40,035 nt of DNA. Source: Amoebophrya sp. A120 (lineage: Eukaryota; Protista; Dinoflagellata). The notes below the pieces were generated by a model, which saw only the letters and a list, made by a program, of their open reading frames with translations, was not told the origin of the DNA and searched no databases. The DNA lies in contig CAJINV010000025.1 of the NCBI GenBank assembly GCA_905178155.1, forward strand, positions 406,612 through 446,646. The letters are read 5' to 3'. A program made the position numbers and the translations under genes. Of the stretch, positions 20,801-31,673 are shown piece by piece. Numbering within the stretch: the first letter of the stretch is position 1; each line of letters opens with the position of its first letter.

Positions 20801-23800
20801 CCAGTAAAAGTAGAGATATTCGGGGCGGTCAAACAAAAGTAGAGATATTCGGGGCGGTCAGGCAAAAGTGGAGATGGGCGGTCGAGCAAGAGTAGAGAGA
20901 TTCGGGGCGGTCAGGCGAAAGCGGAGATACTCGGAGCGGTCAAGCAAGAGGAGAGATACTCGCAGCGGCCGAACAAGTAAAAGTAGAGATATTCCGGGCG
21001 GTCAAACAAAAGTAGAGATATTCGGGGCGGTCGGGCAAAAGTGGAGATATTCGGAGCGGTCAAGCAAAAATAGAGATACTCGCAGCGGCCGAACGCGTAA
21101 GCGTAGAGATATTCCGCGCGGTCGAACAAAAGTAGAGATATTCGGGGCGGTCATGCAAAAGTGGAGATATTCGGAGCGGTCAAGCAAGAGTAGAGATATT
21201 CGGGGCGGTCAGGCGAAAGCGGAGAAATTCGGAGCGGTCAAGCAAAAGTAGAGATATTCGCAGCGGCCGAACCAGTAAGAGTAGAGATATACCGGGCGGC
21301 CAAAGAAAAGTAGAGATATTCGGGGCGGTCGGGCAAAAGTGGAGATATTCGGAGCGGTCAGGCAAATAAAAGCAGAGATATTCGGGGCGGTCAGGCGAAA
21401 GCGGAGATATTCGGAGCGGTCAAGCAAAATTAGAGATATTCGCAGCGGCCGAACAAGTAAGAGGAAAGATATGCCGGGCGGTCAAACAAAAAGCAGAGAT
21501 ATTCGGGGCGGTCAGGCAAAAGCGGAGATATTCGGAGCGGTCAAGCAAGAGTAGAGATATTCGGGGCGGTCAGGCGACAGCGGAGATATTCGGAGCGGTC
21601 AAGCAAAAGTAGAGATATTCGCAGCGGCCGAACAAGTAAAAGTAGAGACATTCCGGGTGGTCATTCAAACAACAGTAGAGATATTCGGGGCGGTCAGGCA
21701 ACAGTGGAGATATTCGGAGCGGTCAAGCAAAAGCAGAGATACTCGGGGCGGTCAGGCGACAGCGGAGATATTCGGAGTGGTCAAGCAAGAGTAGGGATAT
21801 TCGCAGCGGCCGAACAAGTAAAAGTAGAGACATTCCGGGCGGTCAAACAAAAGAAGAGATATTCGGGGCGGTCAGGCAACAGTGGAGATATTCGGAGCGG
21901 TCGAGCAAAAGTAGAGACATTCGGGGCGGTCAGGCGAAAGCGGAGATATTCGGAGCGGTCTTCGGGGGGGGCGGTCAGGCAAAAGTGGAGATATTCGGAG
22001 CGGTCAAGCAAGAGTAGAGATATTCGGGGCGGTCAGGCGAAAGCGAAGATACTCGGAGCGGTCAAGTAAAAGTAGAGATATTCGCAGCGGCCGAACAAGT
22101 AAAAGTAGAGATATTCCGGGCGGTCAAACAAAAGAAGAGATATTCGGGGCGGCCCGCCAGGCAAAAGGGGAGATATTCGGAGCGGTCAAGCAAAATTTGA
22201 GATATTCGGGGCGGTCACGCGAGCGCGGAGATATTCGGAGCGGTCAAGCAAAAGTAGAGATATTCGCAGCGGCCCAACAAGTAAGAGTCGAGATATTCCG
22301 GGCGGTCAAACAGCAGCAGAGATATTCGGGGCGGTCAGGCAAAAGTGGAGATATTCGGAGCGGTCAAGCAAAAGTAGAGATATTCGGGGCGGTCAGGCGA
22401 GAGCGGAGATATTCGGAGCGGTCAAGCAAAAGGAGAGATATTCGCAGCGGCCGAACAAGTAAAAGTAGAGATATTGCGGGCGGTCCGTCAAACAAAGTTA
22501 GAGATATTCCCTCGGGGCGGTCAGGCAAAAGTGGAGACATTCGGAGCGGTCAGACAAAAGTAGAGATATTCGGGGCGGGCAGGCGACAGCGGAGATATTC
22601 GGAGCGGTCAAGCAACAGTAGAGATATTCGCAGCGGCCGAACAAGTAAAAGGAGAGAGATTCCGGGCGGTCAAGCAAAAGTAGAGAAATTCGGGGCGGTC
22701 AGGCAAAAGCGGAGATATTCGGGGCGGTCAGGCAAAAGTAGAGATATTCGGGGCAAGCGTAGAGATATTCGCAGCGGCCGAACAAGTAAAAGTAGAGATA
22801 TTCCGGGCGGTCAAACAAAAGGAGAGATATTCGGGGCGGTCAGGCAAAAGTGGAGATATTCCGAGCGGCCAAGCAAAAGGAGAGACTTTCAGGGCGGGCA
22901 GGCGAAAGAGGAGATATTCGGAGCGGTCAAGCAAAAGTAGAGAGATTCGCAGCGGCCGAACGAGTAAAAGGAGAGATATTCCGGGCGGTCAGACAAAAGT
23001 AGAGATATTCGGGGCCGTCCGGCAAAAGTGGAGATATTCGGAGCGGTCAGGCAAAAGTAGAGATACTCGGGGCGGTCAGGCGAAAGCGGCGACATTCGGA
23101 GCGGTCAAGCAAAAGTAGAGATATTCGCAGCGGCCGAACAAGTAAAAGTAGAGAGATTCCGGGCGGTCCGTCAAACAAAAGTAGAGATATTCGGGGCGGT
23201 CACTCACTCAGGCAAAAGGGGAGATATTCGGAGCGGTCAGGCAAAAGTAGAGATATTCGGGGCGGTCAGGCGAAGGCGGAGATATTCCTTCGGAGCGGTC
23301 AAGCAAAAGTCGAGATATTCGCAGCGGCCGAACAAGTAAAAGTAGAGATATTCCAGGCGGCCACTCAAACAAAAGGAGAGATATTCGGGGCGGTCAGGCA
23401 AAAGCGGAGATATTCGGAGCGGTCCAGCAAAAGTAGAGATATTCGGGGCGGGCAGGCGACAGCGGAGATATTCGGAGGGAGCGACCAAGCAAAAGTAGAG
23501 ATATTCGCAGCGGCCGAACAAGTAAAAGCTGAGATATTCCGGGCGGTCAAACAAAAGTAGAGATATTCGGGGCGGTCAGGCAAATAAAAGCGGAGATATT
23601 CGGAGCGGTCAGGCAAGAGTAGAGATATTCGGGGCGGTCAGGCGACGGCGGAGATATTCGGAGCGGTCAAGCAAAAGTAGGGATATTCGCAGCGGCCGTC
23701 CGAACAAATAAAAGTAGAGATATTCCGGGCGGTCAGACAAGTGTAGAGATATTCGGGGCGGTCAGGCAAAAGTGGAGACATTCGGAGCGGTCAGGCAAAA

Positions 23801-26800
23801 GCAGAGATATTCGGGGCGGGCAGGCGAAAGCGGAGATATTCGGAGCGGTCAAGCAAAAGTAGAGATATTCGCAGCGGTCGAACGAGCAAAAGTAGAGATA
23901 TTCCGGGCGGTCAAACAAAAGCAGAGATATTCGGGGCGGTCAGGCAAAAGTGGAGACATTCGGAGCGGTCAAGTAAAAGTAGGGACAGATACTCGGGGCG
24001 GTCAGGCGACAGCGGAGATATTCGGAGCGGTCAAGCAAAAGTAGAGATATTCGCAGCGGCCGAACCCGTAAAAGTAGAGATATTCCGGGCGGTCAAACAA
24101 AAGTAGAGACATTCGGGGCGGTCAGGCAAAAGTGGAGATATTCGGAGCGGCCAAGCGACCGTAGATATATTCGGGGCGGTCACGCGGAAGCGGAGATATT
24201 CGGAGCGGTCAGGCAAGTCAAGAGCAGAGATATTCGCAGCGGCCGAACAAGTAAAAGCTGAGACATTCCGGGCGGTCAAACAAAAGTAGAGATATTCGGG
24301 GCGGTCAGGCAAAAGTGGAGATATTCGGAGCGGTCAGGCAAAAGTAGAGATATTCGGGGCGGTCAGGCGAAAGCGGAGATATTCGGAGCGGTCAGGCAAA
24401 AGTAGAGATATTCGGGGCGGTCAGGCGAAAGCGGAGATATTCGGAGCGGTCAAGCAAAAGTAGAGATATTCGCAGCGGCCGTCTCCGAACAAGTAAAAGT
24501 AGAGAGATTCCGGGCGGTCAAACAAAAGTAGAGATATTCGGGGCGGTGAGGCAAAAGTGGAGATATTCGGAGCGGTCAGGCAAAAGTAGAGATATTCGGG
24601 GCGGTCAGGCGAAAGCGGAGATATTCGGAGCGGTCAAGCAAAAGTAGAGATATTCGCAGCGGCCGTCTCCGAACAAGTAAAAGTAGAGAGATTCCGGGCG
24701 GTCAAACAAAAGTAGAGATATTCGGGGCGGTGAGGCAAAAGTGGAGATATTCGGAGCGGTCAGGCAAAAGTAGAGATATTCGGGGCGGTCAGGCGAAAGC
24801 GGAGATATTCGGAGCGGTCAAGCAAAAGTAGAGATATTCGCAGCGGCCGTCTCCGAACAAGTAAAAGTAGAGAGATTCCGGGCGGTCAAACAAAAGTAGA
24901 GATATTCGGGGCGGTGAGGCAAAAGTGGAGATATTCGGAGCGGTCAGGCAAAAGTAGAGATATTCGGGGCGGTCAGGCGAAAGCGGAGATATTCGGAGCG
25001 GTCAAGCAAAAGTAGAGATATTCGCAGCGGCCGTCTCCGAACAAGTAAAAGTAGAGAGATTCCGGGCGGTCAAACAAAAGTAGAGATATTCGGGGCGGTG
25101 AGGCAAAAGTGGAGATATTCGGAGCGGTCAGGCAAAAGTAGAGATATTCGGGGCGGTCAGGCGAAAGCGGAGATATTCGGAGCGGTCAAGCAAAAGTAGA
25201 GATATTCGCAGCGGCCGTCTCCGAACAAGTAAAAGTAGAGAGATTCCGGGCGGTCAAACAAAAGTAGAGATATTCGGGGCGGTGAGGCAAAAGTGGAGAT
25301 ATTCGGAGCGGTCAGGCAAAAGTAGAGATATTCGGGGCGGTCAGGCGAAAGCGGAGATATTCGGAGCGGTCAAGCAAAAGTAGAGATATTCGCAGCGGCC
25401 GTCTCCGAACAAGTAAAAGTAGAGAGATTCCGGGCGGTCAAACAAAAGTAGAGATATTCGGGGCGGTGAGGCAAAAGTGGAGATATTCGGAGCGGTCAGG
25501 CAAAAGTAGAGATATTCGGGGCGGTCAGGCGAAAGCGGAGATATTCGGAGCGGTCAAGCAAAAGTAGAGATATTCGCAGCGGCCGTCTCCGAACAAGTAA
25601 AAGTAGAGAGATTCCGGGCGGTCAAACAAAAGTAGAGATATTCGGGGCGGTGAGGCAAAAGTGGAGATATTCGGAGCGGTCAGGCAAAAGTAGAGATATT
25701 CGGGGCGGTCAGGCGAAAGCGGAGATATTCGGAGCGGTCAAGCAAAAGTAGAGATATTCGCAGCGGCCGTCTCCGAACAAGTAAAAGTAGAGAGATTCCG
25801 GGCGGTCAAACAAAAGTAGAGATATTCGGGGCGGTGAGGCAAAAGTGGAGATATTCGGAGCGGTCAGGCAAAAGTAGAGATATTCGGGGCGGTCAGGCGA
25901 AAGCGGAGATATTCGGAGCGGTCAAGCAAAAGTAGAGATATTCGCAGTGGCCGAACGAGTAGCAGCAGAGATATTCCGGGCGGTCAGACAGCAGTAGAGA
26001 TATTCGGGGCGGTCAGGCAAAAGCGGAGATATTCGGAGCGGTCAAGCAAGAGGAGAGATATTCGGGGCGGTCACGCGAAAGCGGAGACATTCGGAGCGGT
26101 CAGGCAAAAGTAGAGATATTCGCAGCGGCCGAACAAGTAAAACTATCTAGACAGAGATATTCCGGGCGGTCGAACAAAAGTAGAGACATTCGGGGCGGTC
26201 AGGCAAAAGTGGAGATATTCGGAGCGGTCGAGCAAAAATAGAGATATTCGGGGCGGTCAGGCGAAAGCGGAGATATTCGGAGCGGTCAAGCAAAAGTAGA
26301 GACTGATATTCGCAGCGGCCGAACAAGTACAAGTAAAAGTAGACATATTCCGGGCGGTCGAACAAAAGTAGAGATATTCGGGGCGGTCAGGCAAAAGCGG
26401 AGATATTCGGGGCGGTCAAGCAGAAGTAGAGATATTCGGGGCGGTCAGGCGAAAGCGGAGATATTCGGAGCGGTCAAGCAAAAGGAGAGATATTCGCAGC
26501 GGCCGAACAAGTAAAAGTAGAGACTGATACTCCGGGCGGTCAAACAAAAGTAGAGACATTCGGGGCGGCCAAGCAAAAGCGGACACATTCGAAGCGGTGA
26601 AGCAAAAGCAGAGATATTCGGGGCGATCACGCGAGAGTGGAGATATTCGGAGCGGTCGAGCAGAAGTAGAGTCAGTCCGTTGATTTTGCGTTCCAATGAA
26701 TGTGGGGCCATTTCTGGAAGACCAGGCCCCAGTTTCAGAAGCTTGCTATTGAGTAAAGGGGAGGGGGGTCTTTCATTTTAACATTTGCCCAAGCTGCACT

Positions 26801-29800
26801 ACGTCGACGGGATGATCAAAGCGGAGCACTTTTTTCCTGCAGGGGTAGAATTCAATCAGGAGGGGCTTCCACTTCGTGGGGCGGCACCCTCCGCGCATGT
26901 CGTCTTCGAGCCCGCCGCCCTGCAGTATCAAGTGCAAATATGTCTGGGTCTGGAAGAGTGTAGACTTGTCACGCAGATTTTCCATGACCCACAATGTCTG
27001 GAATGCGGGACCTAGCATGACAGACTCTGCGAGGTCTCTGTCATGCCTATCCTCCATGAGAAACTCCCTCCCAAGTTGGTCGAAAGTGGACTGCTTTGGG
27101 CTCTCATGCAACACAGATCTTTGCATGATTCACATTTAGAAGCATGATAAGTTGCAATCTTCCAGACCCAGACATATTTGCAATCCATATGCAGATGAGC
27201 GACGCGATCTACGCCCGGCTGCCCTTCACGTATCAAATGTAAAAACGTCTGGGTCTGGAAACTTGTGATGCTGGGTGGCGTATCATGAGGAGGCCACAAG
27301 AGCTGGCCAAGCATGACAAGTTTTTGAGCTCCTAGGTGTTGCCTATTCCGCATGACAAACTGCGTTTCTGCATGACAGAAAAATGAGGCTCTTGGGTAAC
27401 ATGCATGACAGATTTAAGAGTCATGCCAGACAAGCATGACGAACACACATTCTTCCAGACCCAGACATTTATTTTTACATTTGATATCACGCCCATGCAC
27501 GCCATCTACCAGACCGTGCTTGACTTTGTCGAGCGTAAGTTCTTCCCCGCACAAAGAAGTCAGGAACCACCCGCGTCGGCCCCCGGCGGCGGTAGTGCAA
27601 TTGTAACAGGAAGCACTACAACTGCTACTACTGCAGCTAGTACCCCCGCCGCGAGTACGAGAACTGCCACGACCCCGCCGCCCGTCTGGTCAGAGAAGCT
27701 CCGCAGAAAAGACAGCAGAGCGGCTGGCGTAGACGCTACCGGCTCCGAGCACCAGAGCCAGATGACTTATGATCTTCTACATGAAAGTCTCACGGAAGCG
27801 CAGCGGTCCTGGCTTTCCTTCCGAGTGTGGTTTGACGACATGGCGGCGGAATACTACGACGGCGTGATTGCGTATGGAAAGAAAAAAATTCGTCGCAGTC
27901 CCTAATACTATAATCTTGCAACCTGTGCATGACAGGAGATTCACCTGGCGTTACAGCTTTTTCTATGTATCATTCCGCAAACACAAGGGGAGTCGCGTAT
28001 GAAGTCTAGTCTTGCCTTGTGATGCTGCATTTCTACCCATGATGAGAGACAGCTTCGTGTTAGAAGAATCCGTATGAGTCGTGATCCTGATCGTGACAAA
28101 TTTTGTTTCGTGCATATTGCGGGGCCGGGCCGGTCGCGTGGTAGTCCTGGTCAAACGCAGTACATTCTGCAGCGCGCGCCCGGAAATGTGCCCGAGCGAA
28201 TGGAGATTACTGAGGAGCTATCAAATGTAAAAATGTCTGGGTCTGGAAGAATCCGAAATTTCTTATGCTGTTTTTGCATGACACAGAATGTCTGTCATGG
28301 AAGCCCTAGCATCACAGATCTTGCCTTCCTGATACCTATTCCGCATGACAAATGCCCTCCACGCGTAGCACAAACCGGACTCCTTTTGCTGGTCATGCAC
28401 TACAGAATTTTTTAGAGTCCAAAGTTAGCATCACAAGTTCCAACCTTCCAGACCCACACATTTTTGCAATCCATAGGAGCAGATTGTTTTTGACCAGGAC
28501 AGAAAGCAGCGGCACAAATTCTTCGGAAGGATCGGTCTCTTTTTCACGTTTTATCAAATGCAAAGATGTCTGGGTCTGGAAGAATGCAACTTGTGATGCT
28601 GCGTTTCGATTCCAAAAAAATCTGTATTGCATGAGCAGAAAAGGAAATGCAATTTTTGCTACGCGGAGCGGGCATTTGTCAGGCGGAATAGGCACCGAGA
28701 AGCCCTCAAAAAATCTGTGATGCTGGGGCACGCATCGCAGACGTCATGGCTCATGCAAAACGTGCGTGACAAGTCTTAGAACCTTCCAGACCCAGACACT
28801 TTTGCACTTGATACTTTCTGCTACTCGACAGTGGCCTACTTGCGGAATCGGCGGAGCCGAAACATGGCCGTGCGGGACTGCGTACGGCAAGAAAGGGCAA
28901 AAATGCAGGACGAAGAGGATCAACATCTTGTAGCGGACAGAAGACGCGACCGCACGGAGTGGAACGACAAAAACGGCGAAACACTCACAAAAGCGGATCG
29001 TGGCAATGACCCAGAAGCAGTAGAGCGTATCCCTCGCAAACATAATCGATCTGGATCTGAGAGATTGTAGATGGATTCTAATTCTTGCAGAAGTTTCTAA
29101 ATGCAGCTTTTCAGTGCGCCATGAAACGGTCGCTCAACTTGAGGACCGCTAGTGGGCAAGACCTTGTTTATTTCCACTCATGATCACGCAGCACGGAAGA
29201 TTTTTGTGTCCTGACGCTGCAAGGGGAATGTCACAGGACTGGATGAACATCTTTCAGACAGCCCGGGAAGTACTAGATGTTTGCAATGCATAGAACAAGA
29301 GGTCTATGGAGAGAAAAAAGTTTGTCACAGTCACTAAGTTGCAGGTTTTGCATTGCAAATTTTTTTTGCATCACAACTTCTTCTTGTATTGCAGAAACAC
29401 TAGGGAAATCCCTTATGAAGTGTGGCTGTGATGCATTTTTACGCATGACAGACAATTTTGTCTTGCAAAAATGCCCATGGGTGATCGTGGCGAACTTTTT
29501 TCTTTTCATAAGGTCCTGCACTTCGACCAGTTTCCAGCTCTTCTCCGGCCCCCGGTGGAAGCGGATCCATTTTACCTGAGCGAGATATGAATTGCAAAAG
29601 TGTCTGGGTCTGGAAGAATGGCAGACTTGTCATGCAGGTTTTCCATGACCCATCAGGTCTGGTATGTAGGACATAGCATGACAGATTCAGATTCTGTGAG
29701 AGCTCTATCATGCCTATCCTGCATGAGAAACTGCCTCGCGATTAGGTCAAAAGTGGACAGCTTGTGGTAATCATGCAACACAGGTGTCTTTTTACATGAT

Positions 29801-30607
29801 TCAGATTTAGCATGACAAGTTGCATCCTTCCAGACCCAGACACTTTTACATTTGATACGAGAAGCTGCGCCACCAAAGCAGCGGGTTTAACTGGCGCAAT
29901 ATCCAGTGCAAATCATATGTCCAGGTCTGGAAAGTTGGAACTTGTCATGCTAGCTGTACATCCCTGGGTGGAAATCTGTATTGCATACCCAACACAAGTC
30001 GCAGCCTCTCTTTTCATGCGACAAAACGTAGTTTCTCGTGCGGACCACTGCACTACGAGAAAGCGTTTTAGCAAGTTGTCATGCTGGGGCGCAATCGGAC
30101 GTGTTTCCATCATCTACATTGATTTTAGTATCACAAGTTCTCTCCAGAGGACCCAGACATGCTTGCAATTGATACGCAACGCTTTGGTGCCTGTCATCGG
30201 ATTCAACTTCGCCAATCTGCTCTTCGTCTACCCCTTTGCCGTCAATGGGACCTATCCATTGCAAATATATTTATCTGGGTTGGGAAAAGTGGACCGTGTG
30301 TTGCATGTCTTGCATTCTTGAAAACTCTGTGTTGCACAGCCAGCAAAGTCGCTACTTTTTCGTCACGCAAGAACCACGCAGTGCGTCATGCGTGCTACGC
30401 ATCAGACGGCGTGAACTGAAGTCGTCATGCTTGGCTGCACTTGAAAGCGCCAGTGACTTATCCATACTTCAGCATCACAAATTTCCAGAGGATCCAAACA
30501 TATTTGCAATGCATAGGGTCTACTTCTTTGCCATGCCGGCAGTGACGGCCGGGTTCGTTACCGGCAGTTTGGGACTGATCCTTTGGCACGACTTGTTTTA
30601 CCTGTGA
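17816..30607 (+). CDS. Hypothetical protein ~722 aa with hydrophobic (predicted TM) C-terminal segments, split by 15 TIR elements. Exons 17816-17906, 18174-18213, 18378-18652, 18924-19019, 19349-19810, 26789-26925, 27195-27230, 27492-27872, 28122-28218, 28481-28551, 28819-29027, 29298-29304, 29516-29585, 29863-29899, 30180-30252, 30521-30607
   Basis: Each element+5-nt deletion keeps one open frame (2169 nt total): MAAAKANANMARLH...FFGRIGLFFTFCYSTVAYL...NALVPVIGFNFANLLFVYPFAVNGTYFFAMPAVTAGFVTGSLGLILWHDLFYL*. The join across 19811-26788 is the weakest, so this could be two genes. Confidence 0.72.
17907..18168. mobile_element. Family A TIR element acting as intron
   Basis: Family A TIRs; repeat GCGGA. 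Confidence 0.92.
18214..18372. mobile_element. Family C TIR element acting as intron
   Basis: TATGAACTGCAAAAGTGTC...GATACTTTTGCACAGGATA; repeat TTACC. Confidence 0.88.
18653..18918. mobile_element. Family A TIR element acting as intron
   Basis: Family A TIRs; repeat CCCGC. Confidence 0.92.
19020..19343. mobile_element. Degenerate family A element acting as intron
   Basis: TAGGAAATTGCAAATCTCTCTGAGTCTGGAAGA...CAGAC..CCAGA..TTTGCAATGCATC; flanks CGCGG/GGCGT; frame restored. Confidence 0.65.
20311..20550. repeat. CAA-derived 11-bp minisatellite (CAACAACAACG and variants)
   Basis: Directly visible; produces spurious TTQQQRNNNA ORFs in all frames. Confidence 0.92.
20621..26671. repeat. ~6-kb satellite array: 29-bp monomer AAAAGTAGAGATATTCGGGGCGGTCAGGC in a 6-monomer 178/184-bp higher-order repeat
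   Basis: Five 29-bp monomers plus one 33-bp CGCAGCGGCCGAACAAGT variant per unit. The GTCTCC marker recurs every 184 bp from 24481 to 25769. Confidence 0.97.
26926..27189. mobile_element. Family A TIR element acting as intron
   Basis: Family A TIRs; repeat TGCAG. Confidence 0.93.
27231..27486. mobile_element. Family A TIR element acting as intron
   Basis: Family A TIRs; repeat TCACG. Confidence 0.93.
27873..28116. mobile_element. Family D-like element acting as intron
   Basis: TATGGAAAGAAAAAAATTCGTCGC...GTGACAAATTTTGTTTCGTGCATA; repeat TTGCG. Confidence 0.8.
28219..28475. mobile_element. Family A TIR element acting as intron
   Basis: Family A TIRs; repeat GGAGC. Confidence 0.92.
28552..28813. 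mobile_element. Family A TIR element acting as intron
   Basis: Family A TIRs; flanks CGTTT/CTTTC (the duplicate copy near 39834 has CGTTT). Confidence 0.9.
29028..29292. mobile_element. Highly degenerate family A element acting as intron
   Basis: TATCCCTCGCAAACATA..TCTGGATCTGAGAGA...TTTGCAATGCATA; 265 bp (family length); flanks GAGCG/GAACA; frame restored. Confidence 0.62.
29305..29510. mobile_element. Family D element acting as intron
   Basis: TATGGAGAGAAAAAAGTTTGTCACAGTCAC...GTGATCGTGGCGAACTTTTTTCTTTTCATA; repeat AGGTC. Confidence 0.87.
29586..29857. mobile_element. Family A TIR element acting as intron
   Basis: Family A TIRs; repeat CGAGA. Confidence 0.92.
29900..30174. mobile_element. 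Family A TIR element acting as intron
   Basis: Diverged family A TIRs; repeat CGCAA. Confidence 0.87.
30253..30515. mobile_element. Family A TIR element acting as intron
   Basis: TATCCATTGCAAATAT...ATATTTGCAATGCATA; flanks GGACC/GGGTC. Confidence 0.82.
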
Positions 30608-31673
30608 GGATGAAAAAATAGATAGGGAAAAAATAACAGCGTAGATGTAGTACGTCTTCCACATCAAGGCTCGCTGCAGCAAACGGTAGTGACCCCTTCT
30701 GGTCAAAGTCAAAGTGAAGTCGTCCACGGTTCAAGTGGTCCGTGCAGCAAAATATTAACATAGAGTTCCTTTCATTTTACGCCGTACTTGTAAAAGTGTC
30801 AATCGATATCGATGGTACTGTTGTACATGGTGCAGTTCTTCTTTCCTCCACCTGTGTTCTTCGAACGATATTAGAAGCGTGGTTATTCTAAGAGTCTTCC
30901 TGAAGATTGCCTTGCAACAATGATGCTTTCAACATTCAAATCGGATCCACCCTGCCTGCAACATCAGCATCACCTGGCAGTATTAAAAAACAAAGATATC
31001 ATCATCATCACTCACAACCACAAGAAGGATCATCATCACGTAGCGCAGCAGCGCAGGCTTTCTAAGCACCATGGAAGCCGTGCCAAGTCCGCCTTTCATC
31101 AACATCACACTCGCAATTCAACAATCTTTTACAACCGCCCGGCGTTACGCCCGTGTCTACTCTTCACTTGCATGCACATGTTGTAGCTCTTGGTAGTAGT
31201 TCTTGTACAACATATACGAAGAGGAAACTTGGGCAATGTGTAGAAAAAGTACTTTCATGCACCCGACTCCGCCACCTTTTTTTTCCACTACTTGTTCTAG
31301 ATTTTCTTCCTATTTTTCCACGCACAAATCAAAACGAAAACATAATTGGTTGATGCTAGAATTATGCACAGTCGAATCCAGTGGTATAATCTTTTAGTAA
31401 CGAATGATGTACATCACAGGCCGGCAACGAAGATCTCGATCTCGAAAGTTTGTTTGGAAAGGTGGACATCAATAACTCTGAAACAAGGAAGAACGACTTT
31501 TAGGCAAGGCGGAGGTGTAGTTGTACTTGTACTTGACGGGGAAAACATTGAAAATGTCCGTGTGACGTTGATTGTCGCCGTCGGTACTCAGTTGATGTAA
31601 TACGAAAGCCAAAGAAATTCTGCTGAAGAACCGCACAAAGAAATTGATTCATCTTCGCGACAAGATCAAGAAC

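Larger units (their letters stand above)
19811..26783. mobile_element. Family B element expanded to ~7 kb by internal micro- and macrosatellite
   Basis: Left TIR TATCACGAGGAAAAACTCCCCCTCCCCATA; degenerate right TIR GGGGAGGGGGGTCTTTCATTTTAACA. The flanking repeat has decayed (GACAC/TTTGC), but the +5 rule restores the frame. Confidence 0.55.

Noticed and set aside
20621-26671. 29-bp periodic array as CRISPR or repeat-protein genes
   Set aside because: There are no unique spacers, and the ORFs occur in all frames on both strands with periodic stops.
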